A stretch of 59,269 nt of DNA from a virus (lineage: Duplodnaviria > Caudoviricetes). The stretch's first letter is position 1. Each line of letters opens with the position of its first letter. Location of the stretch: positions 1-59,269 of the IMG/VR virus record IMGVR_UViG_3300010052_000141; one strand, 5' to 3'. A program made the translations under genes and the position numbers. Shown here piece after piece: positions 9,645-19,249 of this stretch. A model generated the notes under the pieces. That model was given only the letters and a program-made list of their open reading frames with translations, was not told the origin of the DNA and made no database searches.

Positions 9645-9863
9645 TTACTCCGCAGCCTGCAATTGATCTTCTTCCTCGCCTTCGGTCTCAGCGCGCTCAA
9701 GCGCCTTATTGAGATCGGCGATTGCAGCAAGCCGGGTGTGGCCGTAGCCACGAACGCGGCCGTCATCGCTTTCGAGATAGGCGCCATACTCGCCATTCGG
9801 GCAGAGACCGGTAATGACGCGGGAGCCGTCTGCCGGGAAGTAGATGGTCTGGCGGTTGATCAT
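9645..9863 (-). CDS. Hypothetical protein, first gene of the leftward operon
   Basis: GGGAG ribosome site, downstream of the PL-like promoter. Confidence 0.55.
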   Translation of the reverse strand: MINRQTIYFPADGSRVITGLCPNGEYGAYLESDDGRVRGYGHTRLAAIADLNKALERAETEGEEEDQLQAAE

Positions 9864-9894
9864 GTGCGGCTCCCCGTTGCTGATGGGGAGACAT

Positions 9895-9943
9895 TGTCAC
9901 CGTTTTGGTACCGCGTCAATAGTCTGGTGCCAAAAAGGTGACA
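9895..9943 (-). promoter_or_regulatory. PL-like promoter with two repressor operators (ACC-N5-GGT core)
   Basis: 9895-9919 is the exact 25-bp reverse complement of 11905-11929 (TTGACGCGGTACCAAAACGGTGACA); second site GTGCCAAAAAGGTGAC at 9927-9942. Confidence 0.8.
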
Positions 9944-10027
9944 AATGGGCAAAAATAATTTAGACCATCCTCGCCGGCAGGGATTGGGGAGGGTTCCAAT
10001 GGTTGTGCGCTTGTGTAAAATCACCCA

Positions 10028-10903
10028 ATGGTCGCTCCGGTCCCCACTTCCATTGAAGACGGCGAGGACCGGATGATTATCCGGTTGGATTCTGGCGGTC
10101 CTGTCGATTTGGAGGGGCTGGGGTCGAGTTTCGCAGCGCTAGCGCGGCTATATGCTCGTCATTATGGGCCAACTCAGGATGCCGAAACGACGCCTCGGCT
10201 ATTTATCTCTAAGCTTGAGACCGGAAGCATCATTGCGGAAATAGCTCCGTTCGTCTCGATTTTTGGGCAGGCTGTCCCTTACATCCAGCAGGCAGTGGTA
10301 ATTGCGGATTTCACCAAACGAGTAGGAAAAGCGATCAAAGCCTTTGCGGGCGAGGAAAAGGCGCCCGGAGCGGCATCTACGCAATTGCCTCCCAGAGACG
10401 ACGTGGCGGATATCAAAGCGTTCGTAAAACCGCTGGTTGGGCGGAAAGGCGCTTCGTTGGGAATATCTCAAGCCCGTTTTGAGCGTCAAAGTGGTGATGA
10501 TCGCGTCACGCTCGAATATCATTTCAACGAATTAGAGCTCAACCGAGCGGCGCTCGCTATGGATGCGCAGTTGGCGCTTCCAGCGCCCCCACCACCGGCT
10601 CCAGATCAACCATCTGTAAAAATGATCCACGAAGCGATGCTATTTTTTCAGCAGGCGAGTAGGGCGGCCGGGAAAAGTACCGGTCGCACTGCGGATAAAG
10701 CCATCATCCCGGCGGTGTCAGAAAAGACGCTTCCGGTTTACTTCGCCGACGACGCAGGCTTAAAAGAGCAAATGGTGCAAGGCCAAACCAATCCCCTCAC
10801 AAATACCACTTATGTCGTCGACGCCGAAGTGCAACTCGTTGATGGAGAGCCGAGGGGCTACAAGATTATCCAAGTTCATAAGGTGATTGACGGCGCGGAA
10901 TAA
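10028..10903 (+). CDS. Accessory protein of unknown function in the immunity region
   Basis: 291 aa ORF opposite to its neighbours, between PL and cI. Confidence 0.75.
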   Translation: MVAPVPTSIEDGEDRMIIRLDSGGPVDLEGLGSSFAALARLYARHYGPTQDAETTPRLFISKLETGSIIAEIAPFVSIFGQAVPYIQQAVVIADFTKRVGKAIKAFAGEEKAPGAASTQLPPRDDVADIKAFVKPLVGRKGASLGISQARFERQSGDDRVTLEYHFNELELNRAALAMDAQLALPAPPPPAPDQPSVKMIHEAMLFFQQASRAAGKSTGRTADKAIIPAVSEKTLPVYFADDAGLKEQMVQGQTNPLTNTTYVVDAEVQLVDGEPRGYKIIQVHKVIDGAE

Positions 10904-10926
10904 ACAAATCCCGTACGCCGCAGCGG

Positions 10927-11181
10927 CTAACGGTTCAAGACGGTAATATTTGACGATCTTTGACTGCCAGGATTAATGCCTGCGGATAGATTGTTGAATT
11001 TGCGCTCGTCGGTTTCCATCGCCAACCGCAAGCCTTCGCAGTTTTGTGGGGCGGCTGGGTTCGCAACCAGACACGCCTTATACTGCCCAGCAGAGTCCTG
11101 ATATTCTTTTCGGGCATCAACCTTGGCTGCTATCCCGCAGCCTGACAGAAACAGCGCCGACAAAATTACCAAAATACGCAT
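10927..11181 (-). CDS. Small lipoprotein
   Basis: MRILVILSALFLSGC lipobox; directly downstream of cI. Confidence 0.75.
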   Translation of the reverse strand: MRILVILSALFLSGCGIAAKVDARKEYQDSAGQYKACLVANPAAPQNCEGLRLAMETDERKFNNLSAGINPGSQRSSNITVLNR

Positions 11182-11196
11182 TTCATATCCTCGGTT

Positions 11197-11844
11197 TCAC
11201 AGATCTAGCACCGTTCGCTTGACGCGGCCGATCACCTCAAAATCCCGCTTCCGCTTCACAAAAATAGGTTTGTGCTCGGGGTTGGTAGAGTAGGGTGCCA
11301 TATAGGGTGGGTCGCCATCTTGCCACATCTTGTACGTGGTCGCGCCGTCGATCGAGAAGATGTAGCATTTGCCGCTGATAAGCTCTTTGTCAGCCTGGTT
11401 GACGATAATCACGGACCCGGGCGGCGAAATGCGATCCATTGAGTCGCCATCGTCCTTTTGCTCGACCTTCAGGGCAAACCAGTCACCGCGCCCGAGATCG
11501 GTGAACGCCAGTAGCGGCCAATCCTCAATATCGAGCTGGGAAACGGGGGAACGCAGCCGGCCGGCCGTAACGCGATCTAGTAACGGGACGCTGGTAAGCC
11601 TCTTCTGTCCTTTTACGGGCCGATCCTGTGGTGCCTTGGTAGAGACCAGCAAGAGAACGTCCGGGCTCGTATCGAGTAACGGGGCTAGTTTTTTCGCCCA
11701 CTCCACGGTCAGCTTACGGTCCCCGTTCGACCACCGGGTTATGTTTTGTTTATTGGTATCGAGTTTGTCCGCTAGTTCAGTCGGGCCCTTGCCCGCCTGC
11801 TCCATGGCCTCTCGTAACCCATTTGGATACTTAGGTTTTTTCAT
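11197..11844 (-). CDS. cI: CI-like repressor (HTH plus S24 peptidase)
   Basis: N-terminal HTH (TELADKLDTNKQNITRW), GDSM catalytic Ser, TTYK Lys, VIGRV; divergent from cro. Confidence 0.92.
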   Translation of the reverse strand: MKKPKYPNGLREAMEQAGKGPTELADKLDTNKQNITRWSNGDRKLTVEWAKKLAPLLDTSPDVLLLVSTKAPQDRPVKGQKRLTSVPLLDRVTAGRLRSPVSQLDIEDWPLLAFTDLGRGDWFALKVEQKDDGDSMDRISPPGSVIIVNQADKELISGKCYIFSIDGATTYKMWQDGDPPYMAPYSTNPEHKPIFVKRKRDFEVIGRVKRTVLDL

Positions 11845-11853
11845 CGCTGCCAT

Positions 11854-11929
11854 TGTCACCGGACTGGGGACGCGACGAAAGCACCAAGACGGTACCAGCA
11901 GGGCTTGACGCGGTACCAAAACGGTGACA
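11854..11929. promoter_or_regulatory. OR/PR switch region with three operator-like sites
   Basis: GTCACCGGACTGGGGAC, GCACCAAGACGGTACC and GTACCAAAACGGTGAC; TTGACG -35 at 11905. Confidence 0.78.
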
Positions 11930-11942
11930 GATTGTCGCCACC

Positions 11943-12161
11943 ATGAAACTGGCGACATATCTAGAGAACGAGAAATTGACCGATGCAGCCTTCGCCCGCT
12001 TGATTGGCGTCGAGAGGCAGGCCGTGGGTCGCTACAAAGTCGGGGATCGTTTCCCGGAAACTCCGATTCTTCTGAAAATCTACGAAGCTACGGCCGGGCA
12101 AGTCACTGCAAATGACTTCGCTGGCATCCCAACGTCTCCTGAGACGGAGGGTGTTGCATGA
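11943..12161 (+). CDS. cro: Cro-like HTH regulator
   Basis: MKLATYL...AAFARLIGVERQAVGRY...TAGQVTANDF. Confidence 0.88.
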   Translation: MKLATYLENEKLTDAAFARLIGVERQAVGRYKVGDRFPETPILLKIYEATAGQVTANDFAGIPTSPETEGVA

Positions 12162-12625
12162 GGTGCGTGACCGCCTCTCAAATAAAAGCAAAAAGCGGTA
12201 GAGGGGCTCCTTGCTCGCCCGAACCGCGCGCGGGAACGCGCACTCGGGAAGTATACGATCTTTTCAAAAATAATGCCGGGCGCCCTGTCGAGTTTTGCTA
12301 TTCCAAATTTGATCCTTCGATCATCGTCAGACTGACCGACTTTTACGGACTCGATATTCGGCGACTTCAAAACGGATATGCTCGCACAGGACGCAAATCC
12401 ATTTACGTCCTTGCCGGCGAATGGTTCGGCCGTGTCTACGTCGATTACATTGCCGAGCATATTTCCTCCAGCCCGCATAGCTCAGATGTAGAGCAGCCGC
12501 ATTGTAGGCGGACGCGCGCAGGCTCAAGTCCTGCTGCGGGCACCAATTCAACGCGGCCAAACCAAAAACACAGTCAGCAACAGCAGGGCGACCATGATCG
12601 CCATGTAGAGCGCTTCGCGCATTGA
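12158..12625 (+). CDS. Hypothetical protein; 3' part runs through a tRNA-like element
   Basis: ATGA overlap with cro; true 3' end uncertain. Confidence 0.55.
   Translation: MRCVTASQIKAKSGRGAPCSPEPRAGTRTREVYDLFKNNAGRPVEFCYSKFDPSIIVRLTDFYGLDIRRLQNGYARTGRKSIYVLAGEWFGRVYVDYIAEHISSSPHSSDVEQPHCRRTRAGSSPAAGTNSTRPNQKHSQQQQGDHDRHVERFAH
12471..12545 (+). tRNA. tRNA-Thr(UGU)-like, degenerate
   Basis: GCCCGCA/TGCGGGC acceptor, GCTC/GAGC D stem, TGT anticodon, GCAGG/CCTGC T stem, ACCA end. Non-canonical CTCAAGT T loop, single-G D loop and a G-A pair in the anticodon stem. Confidence 0.75.
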
Positions 12626-12979
12626 GGAGCTTTCTGATGGGACATTGGAGAACGGCCCGAACGATCCCTGGGGGCAATAGGCAATCGTCCGGGCCTCCAC
12701 TTCGCACAGGTACGCAGTGCGAATTACCGCCGCTTCCTCGCGGGTCTATTGCCGGCAGCCATTTCTTCGAACGCAGCGAGATCAGCCAGTCGTCGCTTGA
12801 CGAGCGCGAGCTTGGCGCGTGCATCTTCCTCTGCGCGTTCCTGGGCCTTATCGCGACTGTCCTCGTTCTCGGTTACTGCGCGCTTCAATCGTTCATTCCG
12901 TAGCTTGTTGAGTATCAGCGCGGCGTGAAAGCCGATCGTTTCGAAAGCCATTTGTCCCACACCTGTAAGGAGTTGCGTC

Positions 12980-13408
12980 ATGATTAAAACCGTACAGACG
13001 GAGCCTTGGGAGGGCACCGTGAACGAAACACAAAATCGTTGGGATGACACGACGGTTGCGAAGTGGCTTCAGGAATTAGCGGGTGATCGACCCGGCGGCG
13101 AGAAAGTGAAGGTCGCGATCGATCGCGCGGCCAAGTTGGCCGGCCTGCCTTACTGGCGTGCTTTCGATATTTGGTACGGGAAGGCCCGTCAGATCGAAGT
13201 TTTCGAGATCGATAGAATAGCCGACGCCATCAAAGAGAAAAACGAGAGGGACGCCGCCAATGAATTACGAGACCTCCGGGCGCGGCTCACGCGGCTCGAA
13301 TCCCTATTGGCTCAGGGGGACAAGAACTTTCATAGCCCGTCGATTGATCATGCTCGGGAGCTGGTGCGCCAACTTGGCGGTCCTTATCGCCCCTTGGCTC
13401 GCGGTTGA
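12980..13408 (+). CDS. Putative phage transcriptional regulator (CII position)
   Basis: AIDRAAKLAGLPYWRAFDIWYGKAR HTH-like segment plus coiled coil. Confidence 0.6.
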   Translation: MIKTVQTEPWEGTVNETQNRWDDTTVAKWLQELAGDRPGGEKVKVAIDRAAKLAGLPYWRAFDIWYGKARQIEVFEIDRIADAIKEKNERDAANELRDLRARLTRLESLLAQGDKNFHSPSIDHARELVRQLGGPYRPLARG

Positions 13409-13440
13409 TCGGTAACGAGACAGAGGAGGGAAGGGGCGCG

Positions 13441-13875
13441 ATGAGGATCGGGGAAAATAGCTGGACCGAGGCGCAAGTTGAAACGCTAAAAACCCTTTGG
13501 GAGGGTGGAGATTCTGCGTCCGTCATTGCAGAGCGAATGAAGATGACCCGCAACGCGATACTCGGGAAGGTTCATCGTCTAGAACTGACGCCGCGCGCTC
13601 CGCGCAACGGTTTCTTTTACAGCCCGCTCGCCGCGCGCTCCGACCGCAAAGCGCCAACCAGAATCCGTCGCATCTCGGTTTTCAAGACCTCCGGCGAAAA
13701 GGCTGCACCTGTTGATGTTTCGAAAAGAACTCCTCCGCTGGTAGCCATCATGTCTCCAATAACGGGAGCGTTCATCAACTCGAAGCGGATGCGGCCATAT
13801 CAGCCAGAATACACCAAGGATCAACTTCGCGCCCAACTTACCCAAGCCGTTCTAAATACTGCGAGGATGGCATGA
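13441..13875 (+). CDS. gcrA: GcrA-family regulator
   Basis: WTEAQVETLKTLWEGGDSASVIAERMKMTRNAILGKVHRL matches the GcrA N-terminal HTH. Confidence 0.85.
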   Translation: MRIGENSWTEAQVETLKTLWEGGDSASVIAERMKMTRNAILGKVHRLELTPRAPRNGFFYSPLAARSDRKAPTRIRRISVFKTSGEKAAPVDVSKRTPPLVAIMSPITGAFINSKRMRPYQPEYTKDQLRAQLTQAVLNTARMA

Positions 13876-14405
13876 CGGCAGAAGATATCATCAATGATAT
13901 TTTGAAGAAACGTAAGATGGCGCGCGCCGATCTGCTGTGCAGCCGGACGCCTCGTTTCGTAAGGGCTCGGTTGTTGACGATACACGAATTGCGCCGCGCG
14001 GGCTTCTCCAAATCAGCCATTGCCCGCGCAATGAACAAAACCAACAGCGGCTTAAATTACTGGTTCGGCGATGGCTGGAAGCGACAGGGCAATCGTTGGC
14101 TGGGAATTGCTGACGGCACCGCTTGGAATTCAGACACAAACTCCATCGTTCTCCAGGTTTGTAATGAACACAAAATCTATCCAGCAGAATTTTTCGGAAA
14201 AGGCCGAGACAAGCGATTGACGGCCGCAAGACGTGAAGCAATTCAACGCCTATCCGATGCTGGTTTCATTCTTACTGCCATCGCTCGCCTCACCAAACTC
14301 AACATTTCGACCGTTCGATATTGGGCGAGGCCTAAATACCGAGCGTACTCAATGCAGTCCGCTCGCAAGAGTTTAGCTCGGTCGATCGAGAGGCTGGCCA
14401 CATGA
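13872..14405 (+). CDS. Protein with two DnaA domain IV-like HTH repeats
   Basis: Two repeats: ADLLCSRTPRFVRAR...GFSKSAIARAM...YW and AEFFGKGRDKRLTAAR...GFILTAIARL...STVRYW. Confidence 0.62.
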   Translation: MTAEDIINDILKKRKMARADLLCSRTPRFVRARLLTIHELRRAGFSKSAIARAMNKTNSGLNYWFGDGWKRQGNRWLGIADGTAWNSDTNSIVLQVCNEHKIYPAEFFGKGRDKRLTAARREAIQRLSDAGFILTAIARLTKLNISTVRYWARPKYRAYSMQSARKSLARSIERLAT

Positions 14406-14741
14406 GTTTCAACATCCGCAAGCTAAAAATTCAGATTCAATGCAAAGAGAAAGCGCTTCGAGCCGCCGGTCCTAACACATGGGAGCGCGTTCGGCTTGAG
14501 CTGAAAGCTCTCAAGGTCGCGCTCGCGATTGCCCAGCAGACTGCGGCTGAAAAGCGACGCGCGGCATGAAGAACGATCCCGTCATAGATAAATCTCCGGC
14601 TCAGAAACGCCTCCGCGTCGAACTGATGCGCCTGGAATTGAAGGGCTATGGATATTCGGTAGTTCGTTCGGATTGGCTCCAGAACGCCTACAAGCGGTTT
14701 CCTGTTGCGGAGAGGTTCGAGCAGATGGTGGAGGCGGCAAG

Positions 14742-15545
14742 GTGAGCGATACACTAGTTATGTATAAGACCGTCGATTTCTCTCGACCGATGCAATCTAA
14801 AGCGGAGAGAAATGCTGAATGGTGCAGGCTGTATGAGGAAGGAAAGTCCTCGCAGGAAATCGCGGATTTTTACAACGTATCGCGAGAGCGTGTTTGCCAA
14901 ATCTTGCGCAGGGCGAACCTTATTGAGCACAAGATGCAACGCCGCCGGTTAGCGGCGGAACTATTCGAGCAGGACAAGGCAGAGGTCCGTGCCAAGCGAT
15001 TGCTTGATGAATATCGGTTAGTGGAGTTTGTGCGCGCCGGAGATTCATTAGCGACGGCCGCCAGTAAAGTAGGTTTTACCACGCCGGTTGCGACCTGGAT
15101 TTGCAAAAAACGCGGCATCAAAAGTTCGTGGGGACGCTGGCGCGATCTCTCTGCTCGTAAGGCGAGAATAAGGGAATTAGTTGAGGGCGGGCACCCGCTG
15201 ACTGTTGCTATGGCCCAGGTCGGCGAGGAGGAGGGTGGACGAAGTATTGCTTATTCTTGGGTTCAGCACAATTGCCCGGAGTTGCTAAAAAAGAATCGTT
15301 CGGCCGTCGTAAATCCTCTGCCTCCCATGCCTCCGGTGCAATCGTCACCAATCTCCGTGCCAAAGCTGGCTTCCTTTGAGCAACTTGAATGGTCCGACGA
15401 AAGGAAGGCTAGGCTGTTGGAGCTTTGGTTCAATGGATCGTCGGCGCAACAGATCGCTGACATTTTTGGAGACTGCACCAGAAACGCGGTGTTGGGCCAA
15501 GTCCATCGCTTACGTATGGCCGGGAAGCTCAGGATTTCCGCATGA
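14742..15545 (+). CDS. Multi-HTH protein: sigma70 region 4-like N-terminus, GcrA-like C-terminus
   Basis: SSQEIADFYNVSRERVCQIL and WSDERKARLLELWFNGSSAQQIADIFGDCTRNAVLGQVHRL. Confidence 0.75.
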   Translation: MSDTLVMYKTVDFSRPMQSKAERNAEWCRLYEEGKSSQEIADFYNVSRERVCQILRRANLIEHKMQRRRLAAELFEQDKAEVRAKRLLDEYRLVEFVRAGDSLATAASKVGFTTPVATWICKKRGIKSSWGRWRDLSARKARIRELVEGGHPLTVAMAQVGEEEGGRSIAYSWVQHNCPELLKKNRSAVVNPLPPMPPVQSSPISVPKLASFEQLEWSDERKARLLELWFNGSSAQQIADIFGDCTRNAVLGQVHRLRMAGKLRISA

Positions 15546-15763
15546 TCGCCAAACTCGCGTTTCTCACCAGCCCGGCGCCCAACCGATACCTCCTGAATAT
15601 CCAGAAGTTCGGAAGCGATAAGACCGAACAGATCGAAATATCAGAAGGTCATTTAGCCAACATCGTAATTGATGGGGCTTCATTTGCATTGCGTAAAAGC
15701 CACCGCGTTCCCGAAACCAAACTGACAGAGAACGCATCACATGGAACCGAGCATCGGCCATAA
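15542..15763 (+). CDS. Hypothetical protein
   Basis: ATGA overlap. Confidence 0.55.
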   Translation: MIAKLAFLTSPAPNRYLLNIQKFGSDKTEQIEISEGHLANIVIDGASFALRKSHRVPETKLTENASHGTEHRP

Positions 15764-16019
15764 TAGCGAGACGGAATCCCCCGTCACGCAATTCTCCAAG
15801 GATCAATTGAAAGCGTTGATCGAGCGCATCGAGCGGTTGGAGGATGAAAAAGCGACCATCGCCAGCGATATCCGCGATGTATACTCCGAGGCCAAGGGCA
15901 ACGGTTACGACGTGAAAGCGCTTCGCACGATCGTCCGGATGCGCAAGCAGGACGCGAACGAACGGCAAGAGGCCGAAACCATCCTCGAAACCTACATGCA
16001 TGCGATGGGCATGATTTGA
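15741..16019 (+). CDS. gapR: DUF2312 / GapR-like nucleoid-associated protein
   Basis: [17 protein letters not shown]...[29 protein letters not shown]...[10 protein letters not shown]. Confidence 0.9.
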   Translation: MEPSIGHNSETESPVTQFSKDQLKALIERIERLEDEKATIASDIRDVYSEAKGNGYDVKALRTIVRMRKQDANERQEAETILETYMHAMGMI

Positions 16020-16020
16020 G

Positions 16021-16221
16021 ATGGTCAAGGAAAGCTTCACGTTCGAAGTAATGCCGCCTGAGGCCTATCTTGGGAGCGGTAGTTCGATGATTAACATCCG
16101 CCAGGAATGGCCATCGCTTTCTGCTGGCGATCGGTTCATGCGGGTAATGGTTCATGAGCGCGATGCGGAGACGCTTTGCAAGCAGATCATGGCCGCTGCG
16201 GAAGAGGCCCGCAAAGTATGA
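16021..16221 (+). CDS. Hypothetical protein
   Basis: Operon packing. Confidence 0.5.
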   Translation: MVKESFTFEVMPPEAYLGSGSSMINIRQEWPSLSAGDRFMRVMVHERDAETLCKQIMAAAEEARKV

Positions 16222-17009
16222 ACCACTGGTGGCGCGCATATAACGAAGCGGTCAACGATCCGAAGCTTCAGCTTATATCGGATTCGCTGTTCCGTGCGTG
16301 GTTCAACCTGATGTGCATTGCATCAAGCAACGATGGCGCGCTACCGGCGGTCGATAGTCTCGCTTTCACCCTGCGTATGAAGCCTGAGAAGGTGGCCCAG
16401 GTGCTGACGCAACTCCATGGTGTCGGTCTCCTTGATAAGAAGGAAACGGGTTTTGCTCCGCACAACTGGAACGGCCGTCAATATAAGTCGGACGTTTCAA
16501 CCGAGCGAGTGAAACGTTTCAGAAACGGCAAACGTAACGTTTCTGAAACTGCCCCAGAGCAGAAGCAGAGTACAGAAGCAGAGCAGAGCAGAACGCGCGC
16601 CGCTTTATCAAACGAGGAAAAGGTTCTTCGCACCGACCTCATGGAAGCATTTGGGGCAGATCGGACACCGAACCTGTCGAAGGCGGGGGAGTGGCTTTCC
16701 AAGGGGTATTCGTCAACGATGATCCTCGAAGTTGTCAGGGAGTTGCTTGCGCGGAAGCCGGACATCAACAGTCTCGCTTATTTCGAGCCGAAGCTCGCCG
16801 AGCGTCATGCAAATCAGCCGTTAAGCCCGACCGAGCGCGTAAAAATTGAGGCGGCGGTTGACATGGATCAGACCGCCGAATTTTACAAGAAAACAGGAGT
16901 TTGGTCGAGGCATGCTGGGCCGGAACCTGGGCAGACTGGGTGCAAATGCCCGCCTGAAATCCTTGAGAAACACGGCATTGCTCCGTTGCTTAGGAGGATG
17001 GATTCATGA
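16218..17009 (+). CDS. Putative phage replication initiator
   Basis: MNHWWRAYNEAVNDPKL...HNWNGRQYKSDVSTERVKRFR pattern typical of phage replisome organisers; position fits. Confidence 0.72.
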   Translation: MNHWWRAYNEAVNDPKLQLISDSLFRAWFNLMCIASSNDGALPAVDSLAFTLRMKPEKVAQVLTQLHGVGLLDKKETGFAPHNWNGRQYKSDVSTERVKRFRNGKRNVSETAPEQKQSTEAEQSRTRAALSNEEKVLRTDLMEAFGADRTPNLSKAGEWLSKGYSSTMILEVVRELLARKPDINSLAYFEPKLAERHANQPLSPTERVKIEAAVDMDQTAEFYKKTGVWSRHAGPEPGQTGCKCPPEILEKHGIAPLLRRMDS

Positions 17010-17272
17010 TTCGCGACCCCAGCGACGGGAGCGTGAAGGGAATCAACCCCGAGGCAAACGAAATCAACACGATAGCTGCAAAAACGCCGTTAGAGGAAAT
17101 CACCTCCGGCCTTCCATTCCCCAGTGCCAAGCCAGAGCACCAAGCCAGACTCCAAAGATCACGGGAATGGCTGAAACAGTATCGATTGGATCAAGGAGCC
17201 GCCACTTCGACAGCGGAGCGGTCATCAGAAAACGAGGGGCCCAGCGATGTTGACGACAACCCATGCGTTTGA
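17006..17272 (+). CDS. Hypothetical protein
   Basis: ATGA overlap. Confidence 0.45.
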   Translation: MIRDPSDGSVKGINPEANEINTIAAKTPLEEITSGLPFPSAKPEHQARLQRSREWLKQYRLDQGAATSTAERSSENEGPSDVDDNPCV

Positions 17273-17606
17273 GCGTCAGACGGAACCGCAAGCATGGATG
17301 CGGTCCGAGGTTGATCGTCTGTTCACCTTGCGCCAGCTTGAGGGCCGGGACTGGTCGGAGATCGCCCTAGCTCTGGGGCGCTCCGAAAGCAGCGTCAAGT
17401 CCAAGTACAAGTACGAGATTCATTCGAGACTGACGGAGGCCCCAAGCCTTCCGTTCCAGCGGGAGCCTATTCCACAATCTGTTTTGGCGGAGCAGGCGAA
17501 GCGGTTGGTTGCGTGGGGAGAGAGGACATTGACGGCGGCGATTTGTGGAGACCCGCCAATCCAGTATAGCGCTCTTAAATCAATTAATCACTCCGAACGA
17601 AGGTAG
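17247..17606 (+). CDS. Myb/GcrA-like HTH protein
   Basis: WMRSEVDRLFTL...WSEIALALGRSESSVKSKY. Confidence 0.6.
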   Translation: MLTTTHAFERQTEPQAWMRSEVDRLFTLRQLEGRDWSEIALALGRSESSVKSKYKYEIHSRLTEAPSLPFQREPIPQSVLAEQAKRLVAWGERTLTAAICGDPPIQYSALKSINHSERR

Positions 17607-17650
17607 TCGTCGTGTCAAACAACGATTTGATCGTATTCCAGGGCAGCAAA

Positions 17651-17854
17651 ATGGGAAAGCTGAGTAGCGCTGAGCGCAAGAATTTGCCGAGCAGCGAGTT
17701 TGCGCTTCCTGCCGAGCGTAAGTACCCGATTGAAGACGCCAGTCACGCTGCAAACGCAAAATCTCGCGCGCGTCAGATGCTTAACAAGGGCACAATCAGC
17801 CAAGCCGAGTACGATAAAATCGTGGCCAAGGCAGACAGGAAGCTGAGCCAGTGA
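17651..17854 (+). CDS. DUF6582-like small phage protein
   Basis: LSSAERKNLPSSEFALPAERKYPIEDASHAANA motif. Confidence 0.7.
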   Translation: MGKLSSAERKNLPSSEFALPAERKYPIEDASHAANAKSRARQMLNKGTISQAEYDKIVAKADRKLSQ

Positions 17855-18054
17855 CCTCACGCCTTTCACCTGCTGCCCTTCTCGCCGACATGCGAGGCAA
17901 CGCTACGCCGTTTCTGGCCGATCAGGCCAAGCAATTCCGGGCGCTGAGCGCGTCCGACCAACGAGAGCTGCTTTTCTACCTCATGGCCAACATGGCCGTC
18001 AGTCAGGCCGCCAGCCGTATGCTGGATGCCACTCAAGGGAACAATTTGCAATGA
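17851..18054 (+). CDS. Hypothetical protein
   Basis: 4-nt overlaps at both ends. Confidence 0.45.
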   Translation: MTSRLSPAALLADMRGNATPFLADQAKQFRALSASDQRELLFYLMANMAVSQAASRMLDATQGNNLQ

Positions 18055-18347
18055 AGCACGAACCGAAGACCATGAAGGCCAAGGCCGATCTGATGCTTAA
18101 GCGCGGATCGATCTCGGAAAAGCAACGGGATAAGCTTCATGCCAAGGCTGATGTTGAAATCGGTAAGGCCAAGCGGAAATCCCCACCTGATGCTCTTTCG
18201 GCCAAGGGTGGTGATCCCGATGACGGCGCAGCGGACAAGCCGGGCGCCGATGCAGATGCTTCGGAAACCAAGGCCAGGCGTAAGGCGGCGACGGAAAAGC
18301 CTGTGTTGCGTGGCCAACCCTTGGACAAGGAAGAGCGGGACCTTTGA
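18051..18347 (+). CDS. Charged hypothetical protein
   Basis: MLKRGSISEKQRDKL resembles MLNKGTISQAEYDKI at the end of 17651-17854. Confidence 0.55.
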   Translation: MKHEPKTMKAKADLMLKRGSISEKQRDKLHAKADVEIGKAKRKSPPDALSAKGGDPDDGAADKPGADADASETKARRKAATEKPVLRGQPLDKEERDL

Positions 18348-18431
18348 TCGGCTTCTGAAAAGTTAAGAACTGGAACGGGATGCGCTAAGCGAGAGTTTAT
18401 CCTGCATCCCGCCCCCGAAAAGGAATGCCAC

Positions 18432-18995
18432 ATGGATACTTCCAAAACTGAAGGCCAGCACGTCGAATCCAGTTACGTTCACGGCGGCCAGCGTCCTCTA
18501 GAGAACCCGCCTGAATCTGGGGCAAAGGACGTTTCCCTTCCTGTGCAGGACGAACTCGATGCCATGCACGTCGAAAGCAAACTGGACGCACAAACTGCGG
18601 ATGGGCAAGAGGTTCGCAGCGAGCCTGACCAGGCCGAGCTTGAGGCCAAGCGTGCCGAAGGCTTCAAGCAGGTCGAAGCCGCTGCACAGGTCCGTGCTGC
18701 AAATGCGGAAGCAATCTCCGGTGTAAGTGCCGCAACCCGGGATCGAACGCTCGCCGTGCAGGAAGAGATTGCTACCCGTGAGCGCGACGGGGTGGTCGCC
18801 GGCACACCGGCATTCGAGCGCCGCAAGGAGCGGCTTCGAGAGATCGTCGGGCAGACCGAGGAGAGCCCGGAAATCAGCCATGCCGATCGTATTCGAAGCA
18901 TCGCTGCCCGAATGCATACGGCTTCCCCGTCCGGGACCGAAGAGCTTCAACATGAACTAATGGTTCTCGCGGACGAAATGGGAGCTACATCTTGA
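18432..18995 (+). CDS. Acidic hypothetical protein
   Basis: AAGGA ribosome site; long clean ORF. Confidence 0.6.
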   Translation: MDTSKTEGQHVESSYVHGGQRPLENPPESGAKDVSLPVQDELDAMHVESKLDAQTADGQEVRSEPDQAELEAKRAEGFKQVEAAAQVRAANAEAISGVSAATRDRTLAVQEEIATRERDGVVAGTPAFERRKERLREIVGQTEESPEISHADRIRSIAARMHTASPSGTEELQHELMVLADEMGATS

Positions 18996-19249
18996 ACGCT
19001 CTCCTGCGGGTAACCGACGCCAAGGAGAGCCTTGGACCGAATACGAATTGGAGGACGGGACCGTAATCAGGTTCCGTTTCTCCGCTTGTTCGTTCCGAAA
19101 GACCGGGAAGACGATCGATAGCGGAGAGCCGGAATACTCTTTCCAGCAGTCGATGCAGATCGAGACGCATGTGAAGGTGAGGGAGCAAGTGTTGCAGTTG
19201 GTTGCCGACCAAAGCCCATCGGTTGCAGGATTGAGAACAGAGTAGCTGA

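Noticed and set aside
12622-13050. Overlapping opposite-strand ORFs 12622-12903 and 12724-13050
   Set aside because: Cannot tell from sequence alone which, if either, is real.
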